Assembly (NCBI GenBank): GCA_963664875.1
Contig: OY761611.1
Span: 864,001 to 928,000 of the forward strand
DNA from: Candidatus Kapaibacterium sp.
GTDB lineage: Bacteria > Bacteroidota > Ignavibacteria > Kapaibacteriales > UBA2268
DNA length: 64,000 bases
Direction: 5' to 3'
This document shows, in pieces, positions 1-11,144 of this stretch (positions within the stretch are counted from its first letter, which is position 1; the number at the start of each line of letters is the position of its first letter). Under the pieces are notes generated by a model. That model searched no databases. It was not told where the DNA came from and saw only the letters and a program-made list of their open reading frames with translations. Made by a program: the position numbers and the translations under genes.

Positions 1-2
1 AA

Positions 3-1610
3 GCCTGTAGCGGTTCACGATTAAGAACCTCTGCCCGTCAGGTATTTGTGGAAGAGAAAAATATTACAGAATTGATTAAAATGCCTCTTGGCACTTTAAA
101 CTCATTCTTCCAAACTCTTCAGCTTGGTAAGTTTGATGAAATGATAGCAGGTCAGCTACTGATAGAAATAAAGTGGAGATTGCAGCTACTTGTCGATATC
201 GGACTCGAATATCTAACATTGTCTCGATTGACTCATACACTTTCCGGCGGTGAAGCACAAAGAATCAATTTGACTACTGCTCTGGGATCTTCTCTTGTGG
301 GAACACTCTATGTGCTCGACGAGCCAAGTATTGGTATGCACCCAAGAGATACTGACAGATTGCTCAACATCCTTTTCAAACTCAGAGGCTTGGGCAATAC
401 TGTGGTAGTTGTGGAACACGATCCTGATATTATTAAATTTGCGGATAAGATAATTGATATGGGACCAAACGCAGGTGAGTTTGGCGGCGAAGTGGTGTAT
501 TCCGGCTCGTTTGAAGATTTGTCGAAAGCGACAAACTCTTTGACATCAGATTATTTTTCAGGAAGAAAGCAAATTGCTATACCTATTGAAAGAAAAGCAT
601 TTGGGAATGAGAAAATAACCATTCATAACGCACAGGAAAACAATCTTAGTATAGAAAAAGTAGAATTCCCTCTCGGTTGTATGACATGCGTTACAGGCGT
701 CTCGGGTTCGGGTAAAAGTACATTGATTCATGATATTCTATATGCAGGTATTAAGAAGTACAAAGGCGGCTATATGGGGCATACGGGTCGCTACGAACGC
801 ATTGAGGGCATGGAACATATAGAAGTAATTGAGATGGTAGATCAGTCTCCTATTGGGAAATCTTCACGTTCAACTCCTGCTACTTATACAAAAGTGTTTG
901 ATGCAATCCGAGATGTATTTGCTCAAACACAATTAGCACGTCAGTTAAGCTATAAGCCCGGTCACTTTTCGTTCAATGTCGCTGGTGGCAGATGCGACGA
1001 ATGCGAAGGAGAAGGAACAATAAAAGTAGATATGCAGTTTTTGCCTGACGTTACTCTAATTTGCGAAAGCTGTAAAGGTACACGCTATAAAAAAGAAATT
1101 CACAATATACTTTACAAAGATAAAACTATTGTAGATGTCTTAAATATGACTGTAGATGATGCACTGATTTTCTTTGAAGATAAATCCAAAATCACTAAAA
1201 AACTGCAGATATTGCAAGATGTCGGTCTCGGTTATTTACGATTAGGACAACCAAGCACCCACCTTTCGGGCGGAGAAGCACAAAGAATAAAACTTGCAGG
1301 GCACCTTGATGCGAAATCCGGAGACAAAACTCTCTTCATTTTTGACGAGCCGACAACTGGCTTACATTTAGATGATATTTCTAAATTGATAAACTCATTT
1401 AAAAAACTCACTGATACCGGACATTCGGTAGTGATTATTGAACATAATTTACACGTAATAGCATCTGCTGATTACATCATAGATTTAGGTCCAGAAGCAG
1501 GCGAAAATGGCGGAAAAATTGTTATCACAGGCACTCCTGAAGAAGTAGCGGAATGCTCTTTTTCATATACGGGAAAATACTTAAAAGAATTTTTCAGTCC
1601 AAATGTATAA
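3..1610 (+). CDS. uvrA: Excinuclease ABC subunit A, 5'-truncated by the window edge
   Basis: Frame is open from position 3 (ACSGSRLRTSARQVFV). Two ABC signatures LSGGEAQR, Walker A GVSGSGKS, zinc-finger motifs CDECEG and CESCKG, and DEPSIG/DEPTTGLH. The RINLTTALGSSLVG variant looks like the second UvrA paralog of Bacteroidota. Confidence 0.95.
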   Translation, partial: ACSGSRLRTSARQVFVEEKNITELIKMPLGTLNSFFQTLQLGKFDEMIAGQLLIEIKWRLQLLVDIGLEYLTLSRLTHTLSGGEAQRINLTTALGSSLVGTLYVLDEPSIGMHPRDTDRLLNILFKLRGLGNTVVVVEHDPDIIKFADKIIDMGPNAGEFGGEVVYSGSFEDLSKATNSLTSDYFSGRKQIAIPIERKAFGNEKITIHNAQENNLSIEKVEFPLGCMTCVTGVSGSGKSTLIHDILYAGIKKYKGGYMGHTGRYERIEGMEHIEVIEMVDQSPIGKSSRSTPATYTKVFDAIRDVFAQTQLARQLSYKPGHFSFNVAGGRCDECEGEGTIKVDMQFLPDVTLICESCKGTRYKKEIHNILYKDKTIVDVLNMTVDDALIFFEDKSKITKKLQILQDVGLGYLRLGQPSTHLSGGEAQRIKLAGHLDAKSGDKTLFIFDEPTTGLHLDDISKLINSFKKLTDTGHSVVIIEHNLHVIASADYIIDLGPEAGENGGKIVITGTPEEVAECSFSYTGKYLKEFFSPNV

Positions 1611-1767
1611 TTTTTTCTAAATAAAATTACTTTTTATATGGATTTTTTAATTTTTTTCAATATATTAGGTATAATCTAAAACAATAACTCTGCATTATTC
1701 GTGTTAGGTATTATATCAAATTGCAGTTTAGAAAAATAAATTTAGAAAATAAATCTCCGGAGTACTT

Positions 1768-2247
1768 ATGGCGAAGCCTTTTATTTTAGTTGTGGATGAT
1801 AACAAGATAACGACCAAACTTTTGAGACGATATTTAGAAGCTAACGGCTATGAAGCTCAGGAAGCATACGACGGTGTGGACTGTCTCGAAAAAGTAAAAG
1901 AAAGACACCCTGACGCTATAGTATTGGATGTAATGATGCCTCGAATGGATGGTTATGAAACAGTTAAGCATCTCAAAGAAGATGACGCTACCAAACATAT
2001 TCCGGTAGTTATAGTTACTGCTCTGAATGATGTTGCCAATCAGCTCAAATCAATTGAAGCAGGAGCTGATGACTTCTTGAGCAAACCTATTGAGGAAAAA
2101 TTGCTGATCGCAAAAGTTAAGCTTCTAAGCTCACTCAATATCCAAAATATGAAAGTCAATAAAATCACTGAAATACTTAACAAAGTAATAAACGATGGTA
2201 TTCCGGCTGATACAATAAAGAACTTGTTGGACGAAGCAGGTTTATAA
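1768..2247 (+). CDS. Response regulator receiver protein with a short C-terminal helix
   Basis: ILVVDD, LDVMMPRMDG phospho-acceptor, VTA and SKP motifs; no output domain; GGAG RBS upstream. Confidence 0.9.
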   Translation: MAKPFILVVDDNKITTKLLRRYLEANGYEAQEAYDGVDCLEKVKERHPDAIVLDVMMPRMDGYETVKHLKEDDATKHIPVVIVTALNDVANQLKSIEAGADDFLSKPIEEKLLIAKVKLLSSLNIQNMKVNKITEILNKVINDGIPADTIKNLLDEAGL

Positions 2248-2259
2248 AACTAAAATCAA

Positions 2260-2303
2260 AAAAAAACACCTATTATGCTGAGAAAGATAATAGGTGTTTT
2301 TTT
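2260..2303. terminator. Bidirectional intrinsic terminator
   Basis: Inverted repeat AAAAAAACACCTATTAT...ATAATAGGTGTTTTTTT between convergent genes. Confidence 0.8.
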
Positions 2304-2327
2304 ATATGCTTATTTTTTTATTTTGAT

Positions 2328-3248
2328 TTACTTGCTCAAATCGATTAAATATTCTTTGCCTTTGCGTTTCAAACTTTCAAGGGTATATTTAACGTCAATG
2401 AAGTGCCATCCCGGAACTACTTCGGAATCTCTGCCGCTCTGCATTCTTATTTTGTGTTCCAATTTGTTATTTGCCCATACAGGGATTCGATGTTCGAGGC
2501 TCATAAAATAGTCATTGAACCCGGTAAGTACAGTAGTAACATCTAAAAATATATTTTCTGCTTCTAATTCAAAGCTCCCCTGCCCTGTTTTAATAAATTC
2601 TATTCGATAGCAATTAAATCCTAAGGTGTCTTTTTTGGGTTTCATTTTATAAAGACAAGTTTGGTTTACAAGTGGAGCCGGAACTGCGTTTTCATTCCAG
2701 TCAACTAACTGTTTCGTAAGACTCCAGCTCTGATAAGTCAAAGCTTTCCTTTCCTTCAAATCTTCTACCAAAGGTGGATTGAACACACTACCCGGAGCAA
2801 TCGCAGCTTTTAAAGAATCATCTGGATAAGAGGCAACTCTTTTGCCGGTAGAATCAATAACTAAATGTGCTTTTCTGTTTATCCAGTTAGAAGATTCTCT
2901 TTTGACATTTTCAATTTCACCTTTGCTTTCCAAAGCAACATATTCCAGAAGCTCTTGTGTCAAATGGAAATTGCCTTTTTTACTTACAGAGTCACAGGTA
3001 AGCATCCACTTTTCATAGCGTATCCGGAGGAGTGGTGATTCGAAACCACGAATGATACTATCATGAGCTTCAGCTCTATAAATCAAAGTGTCACCTTTGA
3101 CAAAATTATATCTGATGTCTAATGTATCAATAGGAACCCGCATCTCAGTAATGGGGTCATAAACGCTGTCAGCTTTTAGAACCTGAGCTTGCATACGTAG
3201 AAAAGAAGAAAGCAGAAAAACAAAACATACTAAATAATACTTTTTCAT
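2328..3248 (-). CDS. Exported hypothetical protein
   Basis: Signal peptide MKKYYLVCFVFLLSSFLRMQAQ from ATG 3248; beta-rich; no family recognised. Confidence 0.75.
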   Translation of the reverse strand: MKKYYLVCFVFLLSSFLRMQAQVLKADSVYDPITEMRVPIDTLDIRYNFVKGDTLIYRAEAHDSIIRGFESPLLRIRYEKWMLTCDSVSKKGNFHLTQELLEYVALESKGEIENVKRESSNWINRKAHLVIDSTGKRVASYPDDSLKAAIAPGSVFNPPLVEDLKERKALTYQSWSLTKQLVDWNENAVPAPLVNQTCLYKMKPKKDTLGFNCYRIEFIKTGQGSFELEAENIFLDVTTVLTGFNDYFMSLEHRIPVWANNKLEHKIRMQSGRDSEVVPGWHFIDVKYTLESLKRKGKEYLIDLSK

Positions 3249-3352
3249 ATAACTTCTTAATATTTTTAAACATATAAAAGTAAGATACATCTTTTTTATG
3301 ACAAAGCAAAGACAATGCAGCCTTTAGACTATTTTGAAATAAAACTGACTGT

Positions 3353-4015
3353 TTATATTTTAAATTTCGCAGAGTTGTCGTTTAGCCATTTCAATCGTTT
3401 TTCGTAATCAGGGAGCATCTTTTCTACAGTTTCCCAAAACTCTTTGCTATGATCCATGTGAAGCAAATGAGCCAATTCATGCACAATGACATAATCAATA
3501 ATCTCAGTAGGTAACGGCATAAGGTGGTAACTTAGGTTAATATTACCACGTCCACTGCAAGAGCCCCATCTTTTTTCAGCACTTGAGATTTTAAAAGCTG
3601 AGGGCTTTAACTTGACCTGTTCTGCTACCTCCCACCCTCTTTTGATTAAGAAGTGCTTGGCATTTTTTTTATAGAAAGTATTGATTAGCCCTTCTGCTTG
3701 ATCACTTAGCAGAGAGTTAATTACAAACTGATCGTTTTTGTGCTCAAAAGCATACTCAGTGTCTATTTTAAATTTCAGAATCTTTTCTTTCCCTAACAGA
3801 TAAAAAATTTCTCCATCTTCATATTTATGCGTATTTGAATATTTCTCTGCCATTTGCTTGGTTTTTTTATTGAGCCAGTCACGATATTTTTCGAGGAACT
3901 TATCAATTTCGTTCTTCTTCATAGATTTCGGAGCCCGAACAATTATATTGGAATCAGTATCAACCTGAATACTGACAGTTTTTCTATCAGACTTTATAAT
4001 AGTTATCTTGTTCAT
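3353..4015 (-). CDS. YgjP/DUF45 (SprT/M48-like) zinc metallopeptidase-family protein
   Basis: RWGSCS, YVIVHELAHLLHMDHSKEFW (HExxH); N-terminal SDRKTVSIQV. Confidence 0.9.
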   Translation of the reverse strand: MNKITIIKSDRKTVSIQVDTDSNIIVRAPKSMKKNEIDKFLEKYRDWLNKKTKQMAEKYSNTHKYEDGEIFYLLGKEKILKFKIDTEYAFEHKNDQFVINSLLSDQAEGLINTFYKKNAKHFLIKRGWEVAEQVKLKPSAFKISSAEKRWGSCSGRGNINLSYHLMPLPTEIIDYVIVHELAHLLHMDHSKEFWETVEKMLPDYEKRLKWLNDNSAKFKI

Positions 4016-4120
4016 TCGATTTAATTTACTGTAAAACACATTTACAAATCTATTGAAAATTGAGCAAAATATTTTATAATTTGCATGATAATTTTCTGTA
4101 TCTATCAGAAAGGATTAAAC

Positions 4121-5392
4121 TTGTACGAAACTTTAGAAAAACAAGAAAGAGCTGTTGCCATTTCGGTAGTCCGCAAAGGAGCAGATCGTGAAAAAACCAG
4201 AGAAAACCTCGAAGAATTAGCTTTCCTTGCTGAAACAGCAGGAGCTGAGGTTGTGGAATTGATTTATCAGGAACTTGCAAAACCAAGCAAAAGTACTGCA
4301 ATCGGCAAAGGAAAAGTCGCTGAGCTCAGAGAGCTTATCATAGAAAGAGAAATAAATCTTGTAATTTTTGATGATGATTTGACTCCTGCTCAAGTCAGAA
4401 ATCTCGAAACCGAATTGCAAGTCAAGGTTATGGACAGAAGTGGAATTATTCTTGATATTTTTGCTGAAAGAGCTCAAACCAACGAAGCTAAAACTCAGGT
4501 AGAACTTGCTCAGCTGCAATATATGATGCCGAGACTTACAAGAATGTGGACTCACCTTTCCAAACAATATGGTGGTATAGGTACTAAAGGTCCGGGTGAG
4601 ACACAAATTGAAACTGACAGGCGTATTGTCAGAAACAGAATACAAGCTCTCAAAGAGAAGTTAGATAATATTTCTACACAAAAAGAGCAACAGAGAAAAG
4701 GACGTAAATCTATGCCAAGATTTGCATTAGTTGGATATACCAATGCCGGCAAATCTACTTTAATGCAAAATATCACAAACGAAAATGTTTACATAGAAGA
4801 TAAGCTTTTTGCGACTCTTGATACCACGGTTCGCATTTTTGCTTTGCCTTCAGGTCAGGAAGCATTGCTTTCTGATACTGTTGGTTTTATTAAAAAACTT
4901 CCTACACACTTGGTTGCTTCTTTCCGTTCCACTTTAGCAGAAGCTTCTGAGGCAGATATTATTTTGCACGTAGTAGATGTTTCTAATCCTTTCTTCAGGG
5001 AGCATATCGAAGTTGTAGAAAAAACATTAGCCTCTTTGAACATAACAGAAATCCCAACTATTTTGGTATGCAACAAAATTGACAAATTAGAAGATTTGGA
5101 CGGACTAAAGCATATAGAAGAGGAATACAAAGACTGTATCTTCGTAGCTGCCGCTAAGGGTTTGAATATTCAAACTTTACTTGAAAAAATGCAGGAAAAA
5201 TATAACGAAAATTGCAAGACTACTACAATTTTGATTCCTTATGTAGAATCTCAAAAAGTAGCCTGGATTTATAAATACTGCGAAATCATCGAAAGAAATG
5301 ACATCGACGAAGGAACTGAAATAATCATTCGAGTGCCGACAGAACAGGAAGATTATTTTGCGAGCCACTATAAAAACTATATACAAGAATAA
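4121..5392 (+). CDS. hflX: GTPase HflX
   Basis: GPGETQIETDRR, GYTNAGKS, LFATLDTT, DTVGF and NKID. Likely TTG start at 4121 after AAGGA. Confidence 0.96.
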   Translation: MYETLEKQERAVAISVVRKGADREKTRENLEELAFLAETAGAEVVELIYQELAKPSKSTAIGKGKVAELRELIIEREINLVIFDDDLTPAQVRNLETELQVKVMDRSGIILDIFAERAQTNEAKTQVELAQLQYMMPRLTRMWTHLSKQYGGIGTKGPGETQIETDRRIVRNRIQALKEKLDNISTQKEQQRKGRKSMPRFALVGYTNAGKSTLMQNITNENVYIEDKLFATLDTTVRIFALPSGQEALLSDTVGFIKKLPTHLVASFRSTLAEASEADIILHVVDVSNPFFREHIEVVEKTLASLNITEIPTILVCNKIDKLEDLDGLKHIEEEYKDCIFVAAAKGLNIQTLLEKMQEKYNENCKTTTILIPYVESQKVAWIYKYCEIIERNDIDEGTEIIIRVPTEQEDYFASHYKNYIQE

Positions 5393-5408
5393 GAGAAAAG
5401 GTAAGAGC

Positions 5409-8400
5409 ATGTTCCATGATTTGATAAGCAAAATCAAATCTCTAAATAAAGTTAACGAAATCAACTCGATTATCAGCCAAGGCAACAACTTAGATATTAA
5501 ACTAAATGCCAACTCTTCTACTGCTTTTTTCGTAAGTGCTCTCAGAGAACTTACGAATAAGCAGTTTTTTGTCATAACTCAAAATTACGACTCTGCCGAA
5601 AGATGGTATAATGATTTGAAATTATCCATGCCGGATGAAAATATAGCTTTTTTATCGAAACCTAAAAAGCATATCAAATTTGAAGCAGAAGACGATGACT
5701 CACATTTTGGGTGGTTGGTTGATGGACTCAGAAAAATTTCTGAAGACAAAAAATCAATCGCTATTATTGACGAAACTATATTTGAGCTGGAAATCCCTCT
5801 TCCTGCCGAAATATCGGAAAACAAGAAAACGATTTACAAAAATCAAAATATAGATTTTGAAGATTTTGTAAAATCTAATATCCTTAATGGATTCAACAGA
5901 AAAGATTTTGTGGAGCAGGAAGGCGATATAGCAATCAGAGGCGGCATTGTAGATATATACCCCCTTGCTTGGACAAATCCTCTCAGAATTGAGTTCTGGG
6001 GCAATGACATAGAGTCCATCAGAGAGTTTGATGTGCTTTCGCAAAGAAGCATTATGGAACATAAAGAAGCCACTTATATTGCAAATGTTTTCCATAAATC
6101 CAACTTAAACAAAACTTGTTCGATTTTAGAATATATCTCTCAAAACAATCTAATAATAATTGATGGCAAAAACTCTTTAAGCATTGATATTGATTCAATT
6201 TTTTCGACAAGACAAACTCTTAGTATTTCATATTTGGGTGCGACAGATTACTCATTTACAACGAAATCACAACCACCTTTTAACAGCTCTGTAAAATCTA
6301 TTTGCCTAAACCTAAGAGAATACTCTCTTCTTGGGTATGATTTGTTTTTGTCCGCAGATGGTTTTAATGCTCTCAACAGATTGCAGGATTTGATAACTAA
6401 TTTCCTTGAAAATGATTCTTCAACTGATTCTGCATTAGACGATCCATTAGTAACTTTGAATAAAATACACTGGAGCGACACAACTCCTGCTTATGGTTTT
6501 GTCTCAGATGATTTTAAATTGGTTTGCTATACAGAACACCAACTTTTTGAGCGCTTAAGAGCTAAATCTACTCAAAGAAACAAACAAAAAGGAATCACAT
6601 TAAAGGAACTGAAGCAACTCAATCCGGGTGATTATGTAGTTCACGAAGATAAAGGTGTTGCAAAATTTCAGGGGTTTGAAAATGTCAAATTAGGTGATTC
6701 TCTTCAGGATTGTGCTAAGCTGATGTTCGCCGGAAATGACATTTTATATGTGCATCTCAATTATATCAACAAAATACAAAAATACTCAGCCGGCGAAGGA
6801 CATATGCCAATTTTATCCAAACTTGGCGGCACTGAGTGGTTGAGAAAAAAGCAAAGAACAAAAAGCAAATTAAAGGACATAGCACGAGATTTGATAAAAC
6901 TCTATGCAGAAAGAAAAATGCAGCCCGGTTTTGCGTTTGATGCTGACAATGTATGGCAAAAAGAATTTGAAGCTTCGTTTATGTATGAAGATACACCTGA
7001 TCAGGCTTCTGCCACCGACGAGTTCAAGAGAGATATGGAAAGCTCTACCCCAATGGATAGACTTGTTTGTGGTGACGTTGGATTTGGTAAAACAGAGATA
7101 GCAATCAGAGCTGCTTTTAAAGCTGTGCAGAGCGGTAAGCAGGTCGCCGTACTTGTACCTACTACAATATTAGCTCAGCAGCATTATATGACCTTTATGG
7201 ACAGACTCAACAGATACCCTGTCAATCTTGATGTAATCTCACGTTTCAGAAGCAAGAAAGAGCAAACTGAAATATTAGAAAAACTGAATATGGGCGGTGT
7301 CGATATTCTGATTGGTACACATAGATTGCTATCTAAAGATATTAACTTTAAAAATCTCGGATTAATTGTAATCGACGAAGAGCATAGATTTGGCGTTTCA
7401 GCTAAAGAAAAACTCAGACAATTAAAGGCTACAATAGATACTTTAACTCTGACAGCAACGCCTATCCCCCGCACCTTGAATTTTTCGCTAATGGGTGCGA
7501 GAGATTTGAGCATTATCGAAACACCTCCAAGAAACAGAATTCCGGTGGATACTCAAATCATCGAGTGGGACAATGAGCTAATCAAATCTGCTATTCTTAA
7601 AGAATTGGCAAGAGGCGGGCAAGTATTTTTTGTAAATGACAAAGTGCAAGACCTAGAAAAGCTAATGCTTGATCTCAAGATGATACTCCCTGAAATTAAG
7701 ATAGCTATGGCACATGGTCAGATGAAAACCAGCGAACTCGAATCAGTAATGCAGAAGTTTATTTCAGGAAAGTTCGAAGTTTTGCTTGCAACTAAGATAA
7801 TCGAATCAGGTATCGACATACCTAATGCAAATACTATGCTTATCAACAAAGCACAAAACTTTGGTCTTGCAGAGCTTTATCAGCTCAGAGGTAGAGTCGG
7901 CCGAGCTAATAAGCAGGCATACTGCTATCTCATAATCCCGGAAATGAAGAAACTACCTCAAAAAGCTTTGCAAAGATTGCAGGCTATAGAAGAGTTTACA
8001 GACTTGGGCAGTGGGTTCAAACTTGCCATGAAAGATATGGAAATTCGCGGAGCCGGTAACCTTTTGGGTGCTGAGCAGAGTGGATTTATCATTGATATGG
8101 GGTTTGAATTATTCCATAAAATATTAGATGAAGCTGTCACTGAACTTAAAGAGCAGGAATTCAAAGACTTCTTCTCAAATGGATTAGACACTTCGCAAGC
8201 AGATTTTCTGAATAATGATATAGCAATTGAGCTCAATACAGATGCTTTACTACCGGAGACTTATGTAAAAAGAGATACGGACAGGTTTGAGCTTTATAAG
8301 AAAATGTACTCTCTCAAATCTTATTCAGACTTGGAACTGCTTGCTCAGGAATTAGAAGATAAATACGGCAAGCTACCGGTTGAAGCCAAAGAACTACTTT

Positions 8401-8678
8401 TTGCTGTTAAAGTAAGAATAGTTGCTCAATTTACGGGATTCTCCAGAATTATTTTCAAACCTACAAGAATTATATGCGAGTTTCCTACTCAAAGTGACGA
8501 GAATTTTTATAATTTTGCATTCCCACTCATTATGGATTTTGTACAAGACCATAGCGGAGCTAATCTTAGACAGACTCCCAACAAGCTGTTTTTGGAATTT
8601 GATATAAAGAACAGAGAGCAGGCTATTGAAATTTTGTGGAAGATTAAACGTATTTTGGAATTTGCAGAAACGGAGTAA
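5409..8678 (+). CDS. mfd: Transcription-repair coupling factor
   Basis: UvrB-like RGGIVDIYP, RID domain PGDYVVH, CGDVGFGKTE, DEEHRFG, TATPIPRTL, QLRGRVGR, TRG motif DMEIRGAGNLLG. Confidence 0.97.
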   Translation: MFHDLISKIKSLNKVNEINSIISQGNNLDIKLNANSSTAFFVSALRELTNKQFFVITQNYDSAERWYNDLKLSMPDENIAFLSKPKKHIKFEAEDDDSHFGWLVDGLRKISEDKKSIAIIDETIFELEIPLPAEISENKKTIYKNQNIDFEDFVKSNILNGFNRKDFVEQEGDIAIRGGIVDIYPLAWTNPLRIEFWGNDIESIREFDVLSQRSIMEHKEATYIANVFHKSNLNKTCSILEYISQNNLIIIDGKNSLSIDIDSIFSTRQTLSISYLGATDYSFTTKSQPPFNSSVKSICLNLREYSLLGYDLFLSADGFNALNRLQDLITNFLENDSSTDSALDDPLVTLNKIHWSDTTPAYGFVSDDFKLVCYTEHQLFERLRAKSTQRNKQKGITLKELKQLNPGDYVVHEDKGVAKFQGFENVKLGDSLQDCAKLMFAGNDILYVHLNYINKIQKYSAGEGHMPILSKLGGTEWLRKKQRTKSKLKDIARDLIKLYAERKMQPGFAFDADNVWQKEFEASFMYEDTPDQASATDEFKRDMESSTPMDRLVCGDVGFGKTEIAIRAAFKAVQSGKQVAVLVPTTILAQQHYMTFMDRLNRYPVNLDVISRFRSKKEQTEILEKLNMGGVDILIGTHRLLSKDINFKNLGLIVIDEEHRFGVSAKEKLRQLKATIDTLTLTATPIPRTLNFSLMGARDLSIIETPPRNRIPVDTQIIEWDNELIKSAILKELARGGQVFFVNDKVQDLEKLMLDLKMILPEIKIAMAHGQMKTSELESVMQKFISGKFEVLLATKIIESGIDIPNANTMLINKAQNFGLAELYQLRGRVGRANKQAYCYLIIPEMKKLPQKALQRLQAIEEFTDLGSGFKLAMKDMEIRGAGNLLGAEQSGFIIDMGFELFHKILDEAVTELKEQEFKDFFSNGLDTSQADFLNNDIAIELNTDALLPETYVKRDTDRFELYKKMYSLKSYSDLELLAQELEDKYGKLPVEAKELLFAVKVRIVAQFTGFSRIIFKPTRIICEFPTQSDENFYNFAFPLIMDFVQDHSGANLRQTPNKLFLEFDIKNREQAIEILWKIKRILEFAETE

Positions 8679-8683
8679 AAATC

Positions 8684-9349
8684 ATGAAAAAAGAATATAT
8701 ATTATCAATCGAAACAAGCGGCAATCTATTAGGATTAGGCTTATCTACTCCGGATAAACATATTGCAAAAATAGAATTTTATATGCCAAACCTCCATGAC
8801 AGGCTACTTGCACAAACGGTAAGATCTATGCTTACTGACCTTTTGCTATCATTTGATGATATTAAGGCAGTTGCGGTCTCTGCAGGTCCGGGTTCGTTCA
8901 CAGGTCTCAGAATAGGATTAGCATTTGCGAAAGCTTTATGCTTCGACGGCAGAATTAAATTTATTCCGGTTCCTGTTTTAGATGCCTTTGCTAAGACTGC
9001 ATCTTCTTATTCAAACATGTTAAGTGCCGAAAAAATAATAGCAACCGTGCCTTCTCACAAAGACTTATTGTATTATTGTGAGTATGATAATACAGGTAAT
9101 GCTCAAGGCGAGATAATAATGTCTAACCTTGCAGACTTCCGAAGTTTAAACTTTGATAACACTATGTTGGTAGGTGACTTTTTAGAATTCGAATCAACTT
9201 ACAAAACAATCAGAAGTATAAACTCTTTGAATATAAGCAACATTATGGATTACGCTCAAATGAACTATATGAATGGTTTATTTTCTGATGCTTCAGACTT
9301 TACTCCTATTTATGTGCAGGAATTTATTCCTAAAGGATACAAACAATAA
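8684..9349 (+). CDS. tsaB: t6A biosynthesis protein TsaB
   Basis: ILSIETS and AVSAGPGSFTGLRIG. Confidence 0.93.
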   Translation: MKKEYILSIETSGNLLGLGLSTPDKHIAKIEFYMPNLHDRLLAQTVRSMLTDLLLSFDDIKAVAVSAGPGSFTGLRIGLAFAKALCFDGRIKFIPVPVLDAFAKTASSYSNMLSAEKIIATVPSHKDLLYYCEYDNTGNAQGEIIMSNLADFRSLNFDNTMLVGDFLEFESTYKTIRSINSLNISNIMDYAQMNYMNGLFSDASDFTPIYVQEFIPKGYKQ

Positions 9350-9445
9350 TATTTTACATTCCAATAAAATATTTATTATGGTATTATAATATTTCTTTAT
9401 TATATTAGCACCATGTTCGACTTACTAATTTCAAGGTGTTATTTT

Positions 9446-10471
9446 ATGAAGAAATACAATCTTCTATTACTTCTTACTTTCATATTTGCATCCGGCTTTC
9501 AGTTGTTTGCTGCTGAGTCAGACAATATCGAAATAAGTAAAAACTTTACTTTAATGACCTCAAAACAAATGCAGGGTTACTTCAAGCCATTATTTACAAC
9601 AATTGAGCAAGGTTTAAACTCAAATTTGTTTACTCATGCAACTTATGAGAAAAAATGGTCGATTGCTTTTAATATCAGTGGCGGATTTAACTTTATTCCC
9701 GGCTCTCAAGACACTTACACTGCAGAATTGCCGGCTGCATTTGCCGATGAATCTAAGGTATTGACTTCTACTCCTGACGGTACCAGACACGTTTATGGCA
9801 CAATAGAACAGCCAACTGTTTTCGGCGGCAGTTCGACAACTGTATTTGCAACTCCGCAAAACTATAACTATCCTGATTCGATGAATAAAAGTTTGTCTTT
9901 TGTAGAAGGGAACGACATTGGAACGATGCTTAACATGCCTGCGGCTCAGTTTATCATAGGTTTCCCTACTCAAACGCAATTAAGAGTAAGATTCTTTTCT
10001 CTTCCACTCCAAGAAGTCTCTATGACTTATTATAGCTTGATTTTGAATCAGCGTTTAGATGACTTTGTGCATCTTTTTGGTGTAGATACTACTATGGGAT
10101 TGGCACTTCATGGTGCCTACCACAGCATTTCGAGAGATCCTGGTATTGACATCAGCTCCTGGGCAGTCGGGCTTCATTATAGCAAAATGTTTGAATTTGG
10201 ATTGACTGCATATACTGCTTTACAATTTGAAGGTATGTCCGGCGAGTTTCAGGCGATAAGAACAGGCTCTGCAGCTGAAATATTAGATACACCATACGAA
10301 GAGCTTAGAAACTCGACTTTGATAAAGTTTGACGTTGAAAGTTTCAATAGTGCAAGATTTTTATTAGGTGCAACCTATAAATTAGGATTTTTAGAATTAA
10401 ATACTGATTTTGCAATCGCTTCTCAACCAACATGGAATTTCGGTTTCACGTTTTGGTTTGGTCAGTGGTAA
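9446..10471 (+). CDS. Exported DUF6588-like protein, probable outer-membrane beta-barrel
   Basis: Signal peptide; YFKPLF..GLNS and PTVFG motifs; amphipathic strands ending in NFGFTFWFGQW. Confidence 0.6.
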   Translation: MKKYNLLLLLTFIFASGFQLFAAESDNIEISKNFTLMTSKQMQGYFKPLFTTIEQGLNSNLFTHATYEKKWSIAFNISGGFNFIPGSQDTYTAELPAAFADESKVLTSTPDGTRHVYGTIEQPTVFGGSSTTVFATPQNYNYPDSMNKSLSFVEGNDIGTMLNMPAAQFIIGFPTQTQLRVRFFSLPLQEVSMTYYSLILNQRLDDFVHLFGVDTTMGLALHGAYHSISRDPGIDISSWAVGLHYSKMFEFGLTAYTALQFEGMSGEFQAIRTGSAAEILDTPYEELRNSTLIKFDVESFNSARFLLGATYKLGFLELNTDFAIASQPTWNFGFTFWFGQW

Positions 10472-10492
10472 ATAATATAACAGGAGAATAAG

Positions 10493-11113
10493 ATGAAAAA
10501 AATATACACCGCAATTGCAGTAGTTATGGCAATGTTTGCTCTTTGGGCATGTGGATCTGTTGACTCTTTAGAAACATTTACGTTTCAATATACTGTAAAT
10601 TTCGAAGACGAAAGATTTAATGAATGGGTACCGAGTATCTCTTATGATGTAACTAATCTAAACGACTATGAAGAATACCGCGACAACAAAGATAAAATAA
10701 AAAAGTCTGAAATTTTGCATTTCAATTTTTGGATTGACTCACTTGTTTATGACAAAAATGGATCAAAAGTAGTTTTTGATCCTACCAAAAACATAGATAA
10801 TAAAGCAATCTCATTTGAATACGTCAAATTTTCTATTACATTTGACAACCTAGAATACTTCGAATTAGCAACATTCGAAAATGTAGATATCAGAGAATAT
10901 TACAGAAATCCTTTCCATATTGACGAAATCCCAGTAGCTACCAGAGAAAAAGTAATGGAAAAGCTTAAAACTAATCCAATTTTTTCTACTCGCTCGGAGT
11001 ACAGCATCATCCATATCGAAAATTCTTCTGTAGGATCAGAAAATGATTCTATAAGAGTGCCTTATTTCAAATACAAAACAGATCTTGTTCTTAGATTTGA
11101 AGTAGAATTATAG
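10493..11113 (+). CDS. Hypothetical lipoprotein
   Basis: Lipobox ALWAC after a hydrophobic stretch; AGGAG RBS. Confidence 0.75.
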   Translation: MKKIYTAIAVVMAMFALWACGSVDSLETFTFQYTVNFEDERFNEWVPSISYDVTNLNDYEEYRDNKDKIKKSEILHFNFWIDSLVYDKNGSKVVFDPTKNIDNKAISFEYVKFSITFDNLEYFELATFENVDIREYYRNPFHIDEIPVATREKVMEKLKTNPIFSTRSEYSIIHIENSSVGSENDSIRVPYFKYKTDLVLRFEVEL

Positions 11114-11144
11114 ACCACATTTTTTTGATGAAACAAGATAATTT

